A DNA stretch of 64,000 nucleotides from the human T2T-CHM13v2.0 reference genome, Homo sapiens: NCBI RefSeq assembly GCF_009914755.1, contig NC_060933.1; one strand, 5' to 3'. The notes under the pieces were generated by a model that did no database searches, was not told the origin of the DNA, and worked only from the letters and a program-made list of their open reading frames with translations. A program made the translations under genes and the position numbers. This document shows, in pieces, positions 39,672 to 59,159 of this stretch (within the stretch, counting starts at the first letter, position 1; each line of letters opens with the position of its first letter).

Positions 39672-39950
39672 CCTGGGCCTGGTCTCTCCTGGAGGTCGGG
39701 ACGTTGCAGCCTTTCAGGACTGCAGCTGCTGTGGCCTACACACCTGGGCCTGTGTGCCTGTCCCGGGCTTTAGGCTGCTTTCCCTACCCGGCTCAAGCGG
39801 TCTTTTGTATCCCTTGGGCTATCACTCAGCTTTTAAGGCAAGGGTGCCAGCTCCACCCCTTTCCCACACCCCTCCACAGAATTTTCCCCCTCAGCTCTTG
39901 GTCTCCCTCTCTGCCTTTCCTTCATTTGCCCATCCCTCTGTCCTTGGCCC
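39672..39950 (-). promoter_or_regulatory. RLN2: RLN2 5'UTR and core promoter (degenerate TATA: TACAAAAG at 39809-39802)
   Basis: Immediately upstream of the ATG; aligns to P1, where the same position reads TATAAAAG. Confidence 0.6.
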
Positions 39951-40449
39951 TTTTACAGTTGTGTTCTTCTCATTCATTACCCTCAAACAATTTAGTATAC
40001 TGAGGTAAAGTCATTTTAGATATGAAGCCTTTCCTTTTACACACACAGAAACAAATTTGAGATCACCCATATTCTTACAACTCAGTTTTCTAGAGTGAAC
40101 ATTTGCCAAAAAACCCTTCTAACCTAAATAAGATTATAGATTATCTTGTAAATTGGGTTAATTAGTATAGTGTTGGGTATATCAATCCATAAAAATATAA
40201 AAATAGAATGGATGAATAAATAAATTGTTGATGACAGGGAAAACTGATGACTTTTAATCTGAATGCAGGTAAAAACATTAAAATCCCCAGTAACATCATG
40301 TTAGGCTTGTGCAGTAATGTCTTTAATTTACAAAACAATTTCTCCATTGCACTTTCCTTCCACTCTTGGGGATAAATTTGATTGTAACTAGTTATCTGAA
40401 CATTTTAATTTAAAATTCTAATCTACATCTCTGGAGACTGGAGAACATA

Positions 40450-40450
<1 letters not shown>

Positions 40451-40516
<66 letters not shown>
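40451..40516. repeat. Compound microsatellite (CA)21(GA)12 upstream of RLN2
   Basis: Read directly from the sequence. Confidence 0.95.
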
Positions 40517-41178
40517 AGAAAAAAAAGCAGTGGAAATCCCACAATCCCACAAAGAATATTTTGGTAACAAATTACAGCACAAAGATATGTTTGTTTGTTT
40601 ACTGTATTTTGTGTTTGCTGCACCTGGTAAGAGGTGATTTTTTACCATCATTTAATTTAACTTTCTAAAGATCCACACTGTTCTAGGTAATATGGTTAGT
40701 AGACAACCCTTCTACCTGTAAATTTTTAGTACAAGTAGGTTCATTTTTTAAAATAACTTACTTGCTTGTGTTCATAATATACTCAGATTAGTTCAGCTCC
40801 ATCAGATAAACTGGAGACATGCAGGACATTAGGGTAGCTTTGAAATAAAAGAATAACAATCTCTTAGTTACAAACATAACTATGGAATCAAATAATTCTA
40901 ATTTCTAGATTGCTGGTGATGTCAGTAGGCCCACTTAGCATTGGTCAAATGCCAAGCAATGTGTAATTCTTCAAAAAATACCTGACCAAGACTATGAGAT
41001 GGTCAGATGCAATCAATGCTTTTAAATGAGTTTTCATTAAAACACGCAGTTTGAGAGAGGCCTCTCAAAACTGAGGTTTGAAAACATTTTTGTGGGTTGA
41101 CAGTCCTTGTAAAAACAATCCATGTGCAAGGCTGTACTCCAAAGTAATTGGTCGTTAAAAATGTAAATTTCCAGGGAT

Positions 41179-41872
<694 letters not shown>

Positions 41873-42307
41873 TAGTGAAGGTTAATATGTACAGAGTAAT
41901 GTCTTTGAATGTAGGACAGCAGGAACATTCGAGGCTGTAAGTGCTAGACATGGTTTCCCAGTGTCTCTTACAAGTAGCAGTGTCTATGTGACACAGTTCT
42001 GTCTAATACAACCTAAGCACAAGTGTGGAGGTTTCTGGGAAAGCCTTTATTTCCTGATTCTAGCCCTAAGCCTTATTTCTCCTTTCTTTCCTTCCTGAAG
42101 CAGACATAGAAAGGGAGGTGAAGTAGCCCTCTTGGGACCATGAGGTGTGGAGCATAAAGAGGAAGGTCTATATGCTTAGACACAGCTGCCTGGGAGGGTG
42201 GGAATAGCCTGCTGGCAACATTGAGGGGCTAAATGGGGTTGGATGCTTTTTCTCACAGGCTCTTATAAGTAACTTTTTAAGGTTTTTCTGTTATTTACTC
42301 TATCCTG

Positions 42308-42360
42308 AGATAGATAGATGATAGATAGGTGATAGATAGATGATAGATAGATAGATAGAG

Positions 42361-42399
<39 letters not shown>

Positions 42400-42411
42400 G
42401 ATAGATAGATA
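42308..42411. repeat. (GATA)n tetranucleotide STR
   Basis: Read directly; interrupted GATA array. Confidence 0.95.
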
Positions 42412-43741
42412 GTGTGTGTATATATATATATGTGCAAAATACATTTTTATTAAGAAATAAACTTACAGTCATCAGTTTCCTATGAGAGTTTTAGGCATAC
42501 TTTAGTGGCACTTGAATTAGATAGTCTAAGGATTGAAGTGATTATTTGAGTGTTTATACTAGATGGTTTACCACAGGAAATCTTTGTACCACTGAAAGAG
42601 GAGTCATATATTGAAAAGCAGTGAATACAGATTCTGGGTCCAGAAGCCCTGCCTCCACGGATTTTGTGGAGGACAGGATGAGGGATGTGGGTCAGGATGG
42701 GCTCTGCCGAGCTGCTTTCTGCATCTGGGGGTGCATCTTTGTCTTGTCCAAGTTGTAAGTTTCCTGGGCATTGCCCTCGTCCTTCTGTGTTGGAATCTCC
42801 ATTTCATAGAGCACTCCTTTCAGCTTTGTCCCAGATGACAGGTGGCCTCTGAGCTTCTACAGCCCCATATTGAATTCCTTTGCTTGTGGCCTTCTACCTG
42901 CACCATCTTCCAGCGCCAACTTTGTCTATAGGGCTTTGCCAACAGTTGTAAGAGAAACTTATTTTTAAAATATATAAAACCCTGCTCTTTTATATTTTAC
43001 CACTAATCTCTTTTCCTAGTTTTGTATTTTCTACAAAATTCTTATTGTTTCCCATGATCTGTCAACAACAGGCAACTCATACCTGATCCCAATGACAGTC
43101 GGTGCTACATTGGATCTGTTTTTTTTCTAGTTTTTTTTTTAAATTATTATTTCATTGAGATTTGGAGAATAAGAAGAAGTAAACACTTTTATTCAAGCCT
43201 CCAGTGCTGACTCTCCCCAGATGCCTTTGGAACTGCTCCAGATGTTTATGCTTTCCTTTCAGGTTATCATGCTGCTTTATCCAGAAGAATCAAACAAGAA
43301 ATGAAGGGCCATCGTGATCTTCAAAAAGTCTTCTTCTCAGCAAACTGCTGGAAATACCTTGGTTAAGAGATTAGGAAAGATAAATAACTTCATTAGTTTT
43401 TTCCTCACTTCTTACTTCTACTCAAGTAATAGCGTATGTATGGAAAGAAAGTTCAGAAAGAATCACCCCTGGCCAGGTCTGGTGGTCCCAGTAATCATCA
43501 CCCAGGCCTCAGAGAAATTCAAAAACAAAAACAAAACAATAAGATGTCACTGTTTGCTTTTATTGGGGTTTGTGGTTTTACTGTTATGCTGGGCATTGGC
43601 TCTCACGTGTGTTCTCCAGTCTCTGACCATACAATCCAGCCATTGCCACAATCACATATGGAACATCACAAGGGACCCCAGAGCCCGGCTCTTCCATCTA
43701 AATTTAGGTTAAAATTAATGTCAAAGCATCAAGGGTTGATC

Positions 43742-44235
43742 TGTTCTATAAGGCCTAAAATTAATCCCAACATTATGTGCTGCCCTGACATCTGGTAAAA
43801 CTGGGATGGCCTCACATGGCCTGACCACAAGTTTCCTCCCTCACTCTGCTCCTGCAAAAAACCCTCCACTCAAGAGAGCCAGACACAGTTCCTGCTTATT
43901 CCTGAATAGCAAGTTTCAGCTCTCTGCCAGCCCTGGAATTATTCAAAGAAGGCAGTCACATCCTTTCGTGGTAACCAGGGGTCACCTTACCCTTTTGATA
44001 CTGCAAAGCCTGCCTCACACGGCCCCTCTTATTCAGTCTGTTCCCAACTGCAACACCCACGTGGCCCTGCATGGCATTTAGTGTCCTTATCCTCCATCCT
44101 GTAATTCTATGTAATTAATAAATTTCTGTCAGTCTCATTAGGCCAGTATCACTTGTCATATGTTTGGCCATGTGCGTAATCCTAAGGCAGGAATCCCTCC
44201 CACTCCAACAGGGTGAATAGGAGGTGATTAAAACA
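43742..44235 (+). mobile_element. Probable ERV1 solo LTR (MER31/MER67-like)
   Basis: TG...CA termini; ATTATGTGCTGCCCTGACATCTGG; AATAAA near 44117. Confidence 0.5.
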
Positions 44236-46494
44236 ACCAACTACTACAACATATCTCCTCCTCTTCTTTGTTCCTAGAGGGACAGAGGAGCCAGTTCAGA
44301 CTGTATATAATGTGTTCTATGGTTCTCAGGATCTCTTTGCTACCTCTTCCCACATCCCTTCTCACTCTCTGCTCAGCGTTGATAGAAAATTAGTCTCTCT
44401 AATACAGAAATCATGATCCTTTTGTAACCCCTTCAGCTATTTCCCATTACCCCTAGCATGTAGTCTAAACTTCACAGCTGGCTTCTACAAGGTTCTTTAA
44501 GATCCCCTCTTCCTGTCTTCTCTCCAGGAGCATTTTCCTTTCCCTCTTCCACAACCCAGTCCTCAGTCCTACTCACTCCCTGACAGTTCCCCTACATTCC
44601 ATGCCCTGGACCATCGGCCTTGCCACTCCCTTTGCCTTTCCCTGTCCCTCCTCCGCCTCTCTTTCTTTGCTTATTTTCTTTTCAAAAGCAGATCAAGCAT
44701 CAACTACATGATGGATCTTTTGCTAACCATCTCTTACACACTCAGCACCGCCCATCCCAGTTCCTCTACAGTCTGTTCCTTTTATCACAGCACTCACAAC
44801 TCCTTACTTGTAGGTCTTTCCTGCTAGACTGTGAGCTCTTTGGGGGCAGTGGCAAGCACACAGTGGCTGCTCAACACATCTGGGTTGAAGGAAATTTATA
44901 GATCTCATAATGAGGTGTGCGCAGCTTCCCTGGGGGTTGTGGGTGGAAGCATGGGAGCACCTAGAAGGCCCTGGCTACAGAGTATAAAATGAACTGAGTC
45001 CCCAGATTACTAGAACTAGGGAAAGGCAGAGCCCCTGTAATTAAAGACCCTGTGACACACAGTGAGGAGATCCAGGCTGCCACAGGAGCACCAATCTTAA
45101 GGTGAGTCACATCTTTGAGGAGGGGGAGTGGAGTAGTTGTGTTGGGTAAAAGAGGAATCCACAGGATTGTGGATGGGAGAGCAGGGTGCAGGAAGCAGGA
45201 GGAATATCTGTATTGGACTAAGGTCTAAGGAAGCAGGGTTTTAGAGAGGGCTTGGGGTTATCCCAGGGCAATCATGCCTAATTCCTCCCTCCACCAATTT
45301 TTTGCACCCTATTTAGTTCTGGTCTTTAGGTAGAGCAGGTTAGCTGCTTTAGCTCTTGCATTCTTTCCACTCTAGAAAGAGAACAAAACCACGAGATTCT
45401 TGTGTGTGAAGCTGTGTTTGTGTGTAGGACTTTTTGTTTTCAGTAATTTCATACCCTTCCTCCCTGTACCTCTCCCCTACACCCCTGCCCAAACTGCCAA
45501 GTTTCAAAGGACTTAGGATCTATACTTATTTCCTAGGAAAAAACTAACATTCCATTGAAGTTCCATTCCTATCATTTAGAGTCTCTTCCTCGCTAGGGTG
45601 ACAGATCTTTCAGATCCCCCAATCGTGCATGGCTCCCATTCCCCATAGTGCATAGCTTCAATCGAACCTTTAATATTATTACCTTTTCTCTCCTTTCTGA
45701 ACATATCAGTTATAACTCTTTTTGAACTATTTTTAGAGGTTGCCCAAGAATTTGCAATATACATTTACAATTAATCCAAGCCCACTTTCAAATAACACTA
45801 ACTTACTTCACTGGAGTACAAGTGTTTTATAATAAAAAGTAATTCTAATTCCTCCCTTCCATTTCTTGTATCATTGCTGTCATTTATGTCACTTAAACAG
45901 AAACATACACTAAGATATATATAAGCATACATAATCTAATACATTGTTTCAACTATTATTTTGAACAAAGTGTTCTGTTTTATCAATTAAGAATAAGAAA
46001 AATAAAAATTTTTGTTTTACCTTCACTTATTCCTTCTCTGATAGGCTTCCTTTCTTGATTTAGATCTGAGTGTTTGCTCTGGAAAGCCCTACTTGCAGAA
46101 ACAAATGTGGTTCTAGCAAGAGCTAGATCTCAGTCCAAGAATTCACCATGAGCTCATCTGGCTGGAGAAAAAAATGCACTCTAAGATGATAGGCCATCAC
46201 CTGACTCAAATAATTGCTTCTTGACATACCATAACTTGCAACAAAGTGAAATCTCTAAGATTAGGAAAAACTGAAGATTGGACCAACAACAGGAGTAACT
46301 GAAGGTCAAAACCAAGATATTTTGAAGAATTTATTTCACATGTACAAGATGAGAGTGGGGGGCGGGGTATGTGTATGTGTGCATGTATATGAGTGCATGA
46401 GCAGACATGTGATGGGAGGAAGGACATAAACCTCACTGGAACTAATGTAGCTGATAGGGAAAACAGCCGGGGCTCTCATTGGACACATTCTTAA

Positions 46495-47821
<1,327 letters not shown>

Positions 47822-48800
47822 GAATTGCTTGTGCTGCATCCCGTAAGTTTTGGTATGCTGTTTCTATTTTCATTTGTCTAAAAATATTTTTAATTTCCTT
47901 TTTATTTCCTTCTTTGACCCATTGTTTAGGAGGAGGGGGTCTAATTTCTACGTATTTTTGAATGTTCTGCAATTCCTTCTCCAAATTAACAATTTGATTT
48001 CTAGTTTCATGACATTGTGGTATCAAAAAATACTTGATATGATTTCAATTTTCTTAAATTTGTTAAGACTTGTTTTGTGACCTAACACATGATCTAGCAT
48101 GAAAAATGTTTTGTGTGTGCATGAAAAGAATGTGTATTCTGCTGCTGTTGAATAGAATGGTCTGTATATGTCTGTTAGGTTCATTTGACCCAAAGTGTAG
48201 TTCAAGTCCAAGTTTCCTTATTTTCTATCTAGATGATTTTTGTGTTGCTGAAAGTGAGATACTGAAGTCTTCTGCTATTATTATATTGCACTCTATCTCT
48301 TCTGATCTATTAATATTTGTGTTATGAATATATAGATTCTCTGATGTTGAATGCATATGTATTTACTTTATATCTTCTTCATGAATTGACCTTTTTATCT
48401 CATTATATAATGACCTTCTTTATCTCATTTTAGTTTTTGACAATGTCTATTTTTCCTGATTTAAGCATAGCTACCACTGATTTCTTTCGGTTTCCCTTTG
48501 CATGAAGTATCTTTTTACAACCTTTCTATTTCAATCTATGTGTATTCTTAAAGGAGAAGCAAGTCTCTTGCAGAGAGCATAGAGTTGGGTCTTGTTTTTT
48601 AATCCATTCAGTGACTCTATGTCTTAAAAACTTTTTATTTTATTTAATTGACAAATAATAATTACATATATATTTATTGGGTACATTGTGACAATTTGAT
48701 ACATGCATACATTGTGAAATGATCAAATCAGGTTCATTAATATATTCATCACCTAATATATTTGTCATTTATTTTTGGTGAGAGCATTTGAAATCCACTT
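47822..48800 (-). mobile_element. Old L1M fragments (ORF2 endonuclease, 3' end)
   Basis: Peptide 48023-48211 DLNYTL.QM.LTDIYR.F....AEYTFFS. Confidence 0.75.
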
Positions 48801-48804
48801 TTTA

Positions 48805-52617
<3,813 letters not shown>

Positions 52618-53084
52618 CTATTTCAAAGCCTATATAGGTAAAGCAGTTGGTATTAGTACGAGAAAAAAACCGCACACACATTGTAATCAGTCAAAAGATG
52701 GTATTAAATTGAAAGAAAATATTTGCCACATCTATTACAAATACAAACAATGGTTCTAACATACAAAGACCTTTTTAAAATTGAGAGGGAAAAGACCAAA
52801 ATTCTAGAGAAAAATGGGTAAAAGACACAAATTAGGCAACTTGCAAAAGATGTAAATTGGTCTGTGAACATGTCAAAAATGCTCAGTTGTATTTATAATA
52901 AGAGAAATGCAAACTAAAACCACACTAAGATACCATTTCTTACTCATTAGAATAGCAAAAATTTTCAACTTAATACACTGTTGACGAAGTGTGGGAGAGA
53001 CACTCATCTATGCCAATGGGGTGGTGGGAATGCAAAATCGTACGACCCTTTTGGAAGAGAATTTCACAGTATTTAACAAAACTA

Positions 53085-53119
53085 TGTGTGTGTGTGCGTG
53101 TGTGTGTGTGTGTGTGTGT
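53085..53119. repeat. (TG)n microsatellite
   Basis: Read directly from the sequence. Confidence 0.9.
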
Positions 53120-53140
53120 CTGTATACACACAGTTAGAAA

Positions 53141-53262
53141 TAGTAGAGACAGGGTTTCGCCACATTGGCCAGGCTGGTCTCAAACTTGTGACCTCAGGTG
53201 ATCCGCCTGCCTTGGCCTCCCAAAGTACTGGGATTTACAGGCATGAGCTACTGCACCCAGTC
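53141..53262 (-). mobile_element. Alu left-arm fragment
   Basis: TAGTAGAGACAGGGTTTC...GCATGAGCTACTGCACCCAG. Confidence 0.9.
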
Positions 53263-55055
53263 AAAATTTCTGGATTTTAAAAATTATTTGCAACATTATA
53301 ATAAGATGACTTCACCCTGCCATTTTTATTTTCTCCCTCAGTGAGTGAAGTCAGGATAAACAACATCCCTTTTTTGTTCCTCCTACCATGAACAAAGTAA
53401 CAAGAAATAGCTGGTTGGAAAAATGAACATCTCGTAATAATATGAAATACATTTAAAAGCCTTCTATTTCCTACACCTCTTGGTGGTTTTTTTCTATGGT
53501 TACTGTGAAATATGTGGATTTTTAAAAATAGCTCTAGCAGTTAAATGATGCTGTAAAACCCCAATATGGTAAGTGTAAATAATTCTAACAGTAATTTCTT
53601 GTTACTATACCTTTCAAAGAAGTTTATTCTATAATTTAGTAAGGTCTCTTAACATTAATGTTTTTACTCAGCAACAGATATGGACCTTCTCAAAAAGAAT
53701 CACAGAACAAGAGAATTAACAATCTTAATTTTCTTCTTACCTATTGATTGGTAAGAAAATGAGCTGTGCTGCTCATTTTCAACCTTTTGGATTCAGAAAT
53801 TCTGTTACTTGTTTGTAGTTTTTGCTGAGGATTCTATTTTTTTTTAAATAAGCTGGGAAAAGGATCAGCTAACTCAAGGAATTAAGTAATTTATTTCTAA
53901 CAATGTTTAACCATTTGCTGATTTAAAGTTGAGCTACTATTTTTTCTGGGTTGATTCCAAAGAGAATAGATTTCCGTTTTAAAGATTTTTAAGATTGGCA
54001 ATAAGAAAAGGGCCAATCAAATACAAATCTGTGCCCTCATGGAAATGAACACTGAAAACTATACCCAGATGTTTGATGATCTGGGAAGAAAAGCCTCTTA
54101 ACCTTATAGTGAGATACATTCTCCTTCAGTTGGTGAATCTCTAGAAATGACCATCTCCCTAGCCCAGCATTCTATCTAGTGTTGCTCTTTTTATCATTAA
54201 CACCAAGTTTCATACACATCCCTTTCCTAAGGAACTATAAACACGTTCACTGCAAGTAACCTTTGGGAAGTGGAAGTTTCAAAGGCAAAATGATCTAGAT
54301 TTTTTGATGTGGTGACTAAGATTTCTTTAATTCCTGGGAAGCAATACAGGAAGCCTACATGACTTCCTGATGAACTGAGGGTGAGCAGGGAAGGCAGAGG
54401 AGGCAGACATATTTACCACTTTCTAACATAGCCATTGAGAAAAGAACAAGACGAATGGCTCAGGTGCAGGGAAATGAAGAACGAGGGAGAAAACATGAAC
54501 TGAATGGAACGTCCCATGAGGATTTTTTATGAGAAGTTTTTTTTAATGTAACTTTTCATTTAGGAAAAAGTTCAAATATCAGATGCTATAAACAAAATTC
54601 ACCATCCTCCAGTGGTAGTTAAATTCATGCACAAATACATTAAGCTGACAAACTTTTACTAGGGTTTGGGTAAAGTTACCGATATATGCTATAAATATAT
54701 GAAACTATAAAATGAATCTCCTCTATGGGATCATTAGTCAAAGGCATGATGTTAGTTTATTTACAATAATTGGCAAGCAAGCAACTCAGTGAATTACTGG
54801 TATTTCAATTCTAGACTTCAATTCAGAAGCCACTGAAATCCTGGACAGTAGTTCTGACCATCTCTCTGTGTAAATAACTTTGCAGAATTATGGAGCAGGA
54901 CTCATTAAGAAATAAGAATAACATTCTTTATGAAGTCAGAAAATATGGATTCATGTAGTAGAAAATAATAGAAGAGCAGGTGAAAGAAGCACCTTTAAAG
55001 ATGTTCTTAAACTTAATTTTTTTATTTGATCAGATACCATTAAGAAATGCACTAA

Positions 55056-55372
<317 letters not shown>

Positions 55373-55408
55373 AAACCTAACACTTTTAATTAAACTTTAC
55401 AATTCTGA

Positions 55409-55807
<399 letters not shown>

Positions 55808-57942
55808 TAGTATTGCATTTAAAGACTCTTTATATTCAGAGGGCATTTAAAAATACTAAATAAAGACTTTTTGAAGAAGCACACAAACCTGGAAGAAAGA
55901 TAGTTCTGTCTTCTAGCTACTCTGTGCTGGAAGACTGGGTAGAAATGATGAATTTTATCATTATCATCTGAATGTAACAGATGGAAGCCAGCTATGGATA
56001 AATCTACAACTGCAACAAAGACTGGAACAATTTATCTCATCAAAATTAGGCAGCACTTCATTTTCAGTGAGTTGAAGAATCACAACATGATTCTCATCTT
56101 AAAATTATACAGTTCAATGTGATTCATACTTCACAGTAACAATAAAGGCAAACATAAGACTATTCTTCTACTAAAGCAGAATTTTTGAAAATCACAGTTT
56201 TAACCAAAAGTTTAAATTCCAATCTTACTTTCTCATATGAGTAAATTTTGATGCTGGAAGCAAATATTTTAGTGGTAAGTATGAATGTGAAGGCCACAAA
56301 ACAAAATTGTAGGCTTCCTCCTAGTGGCAACAGATTGAACCAACCCATTAGAAAATGAGCTCATGGACTTTCTTCCAGGTAAGATCAAAGAAGTGAGTGT
56401 GCTTATTACCTCATCTTGCACATGGCTTTCCCCTCATTTTATTCACGTTTTTATTCAAATACTTCTTTCCCAAAGACAGCTCTTCCCTGACTCTCCATCC
56501 AGCCTTAATGTTCATCATAGCACTTAGCTTGATTTACACTTTGTATTTCTTTAGATACTGTCTGTCATTTTTACTAAATGTAGGCTGTATATGAGCAGTG
56601 ACTGAGCACAATTCTGTGTCCCAATCACCTTAGATAAGTGTTAATCAAATATTTGTTGAAAAAAGGAAGGAAATAAGGCAGGAAGGAAGGAGGGATGGAG
56701 GGAAGGGATGCAGGGTGGGGGGAAGCAATGGAGAAAAAGAGGAAGAAAAAGGAGGGAAGAGGGAGGGAGGGAAGAAGGAAGCAAGCAATGGTCTGTGGCT
56801 TGGAGGCATCTGCCTAAACACATGCACTGTGGCTAAGGAAAAAGGAGAAAGCAAGAACACTGCAAGCAGCTGTCCCAGGTGCTGCCCTCAGGTCACTGAA
56901 CTTACAGAGCATAAAGATACAGGGAGCATTGGCTGCCCTTGGTGTCAGCTGTGCTCAGTACACTGGAGTTTGTGAGCTTGCTCCTCTTCTCTATCTCTAG
57001 CTTTGAGGCAGCCCTGAGAACGATGGTCACTTTCTTCTCCTCCTTATTTCCTTTTATTTCAAAACTAGAACAGGAAGGTATAGAATTTGAAGGAGGACAT
57101 AGCTGAGATCTGTGCAAATAGGAACTTTGTAGCTTGGTGCCCAAATCCGAATGGATGGGTACAGCAAAGCCTGAACCACACTGAGGAGTAGAGCAGGTAG
57201 ATTAGGATATCAGTGGATGGACAGCAAAACGGGAGCAGACAATGGATAAGATCCCTTCCAAGTGGGAGCTTCTCTTTGTGACTCTGGGAAAGCTGATAGG
57301 GCAGCAGCTGCACCCTTACCACTCAGCAACCCCCAAAGGAGAAACATCAGGGGTGAGTTACCCTCCAGCAGGGCTTTACTGCTCAGATTTAGGAAGGTGA
57401 GAAACCTGCTGCCCAGTCATAGGACTGCAGCATGCCAGGGACCCTCCAGAAGCAATATGCTTTTAATCACAGATGAAAAGTATTTAATAGTTACTGAACT
57501 ACATAAAAACAACGACAAGCAATCCAAGGAGAGAAGTTAATTCTGTTAAGCCAACCAAGTGACACAAGGTTTTGCCTGTAGGAAGGAAAACAGAGAAGCA
57601 AGCTGTGATCTTCCTTTTTTTTGTAGCAAGTGCTTTGAATCTCCTTGGAGAAGGAAGTCCACAGAGAACAATTTGATTTCTAAGTGAGTAATAATTAGAT
57701 GCTCTAAGTTTTCAATTTGATAAAGCTACAAACATCCTGGCATTTCTTCTCCACTGCATCCCAACCCACAATAGAATACGGGGGTATAAAGCCTTTGGGA
57801 TCCTCTCACTGGAGATGTCCATATCTGAGATACCTCATTTTACATCATAAAGCTTTGAGGAAATTATATCATGTTTAAAGACTTTTTAAAAGAAGGCGCC
57901 ACATGATGTTATAATATTGGGTAGCATTTTACCACCAAGTAG

Positions 57943-58462
57943 TGATGGGATCAGAACAAGTCATCCCAAAATATGCCACTTTGATGTATTATTTTGAGCT
58001 AAAAGAAACTGAGAACCAGTCAATGCAGAAAAAGCACTTCGCCTCCCCATCTGCTTAAAGTATAATTTCCCATTTGTAAAGGACATTTTTATTAGTAAAT
58101 GTATCTATCTTTGCCAGAAAGAGAGTTACTCATAGATAACTTTTTCTCACTGGAGAGACTTTTATCTGCATAGCAAGGTAACCTTTATTCACCACACATT
58201 TCCTCCTCTCGCCTTCCCACAATTCATCTCTACCACTCCCCAGTACCCCCAAATCCTTATTCCTATTCCTTACTCTAGCTTAAGATAGTATCTGTCTCAG
58301 TCATCTGGCTGCTTCCTGGAGTCTCATATTTTGGTGGGACTCCTGTGCATATGTGAGTAATTAAATGTTTTTTTCTCCTTTTAATCTGTCTAATATCAAT
58401 TTAATTCATAGACCAGCCAAAAAACCTCAAAGGGTACACAGAAGCAATTTTCCCTCTCCTAC
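57943..58462 (+). mobile_element. MER34/MER39-like ERV1 solo LTR
   Basis: TGATGGGATCAGAAC..CCCAAAATATGCCACTTTG...TTCCCTCTCCTACA. Confidence 0.6.
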
Positions 58463-58851
58463 AGTAGTTTTTCTCCTAATAAAATATATAAAGAAAACAA
58501 ATTCCTTGTCATCATCATTATTTCATCTTATATAACTTCTGTTATATAAGGTTACTTGTTCTTCCCTTTTATATGGCTCAATAGGCAGATTTTTTCCCTT
58601 TTCTTTAGAGTTGTGCATTTTTAGGGTGTCCAGTCCTTGCAACTGACTGTTCTTGAATATGAAAGCTCTAATTGCTGTACTTATTAAAGGTACACAGCAA
58701 CAAACTATTACTTAGAAATGAATTGATTTTCAGAGGTTTTAAAATATCTAACCTAATAGAATTTCCCTTACTTGTAAGTGTACTAATGTCTTTAAATATG
58801 CAAATGTTTAAATACTAAAAATATATGCAAAATATGGAATTAAAATACACA

Positions 58852-59159
58852 GGCCAGGCACGGTGGCTCATGCCTGTAATCCCAGCAATTTGGGAGGCCG
58901 AGGTGGATGGATTCACTTGAGGTCAGGAGTTCAAGACCAACCTGGCCAACATGGCTAAACTGCGTGTCTACTAAAAATACCTAAGGTTAGCCAGGTGTGT
59001 TGATATGTGCCTGTAGTCCCAGCTACCCAGGAGGCTGAGGAAGGAGAATCACTTGAACCCAAAGGCAGAGGTTGCAGTGAGCCAAGATCACACCACTGCA
59101 CTCCAGTCTGGGCAACAGAGTAAGACTCTGTCTCAAAATAAATAAATAAATAAATAAAA
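58852..59159 (+). mobile_element. AluS
   Basis: Full Alu with (AAAT)n tail. Confidence 0.95.

Larger units (their letters stand above)
38950..39800. promoter_or_regulatory. CpG-rich island over RLN2 exon 1 and 5' intron, with CCAAT boxes and a GC box
   Basis: High GC and CpG density in an AT-rich background; CCAAT at 39353, 39390, 39416; GGGGCGGG at 39444-39451. Confidence 0.7.

Noticed and set aside
39511-40008. 165-aa and 136-aa plus-strand ORFs antisense to RLN2 exon 1 and promoter
   Set aside because: No recognisable domain; expected by chance in GC-rich sequence opposite a CDS.
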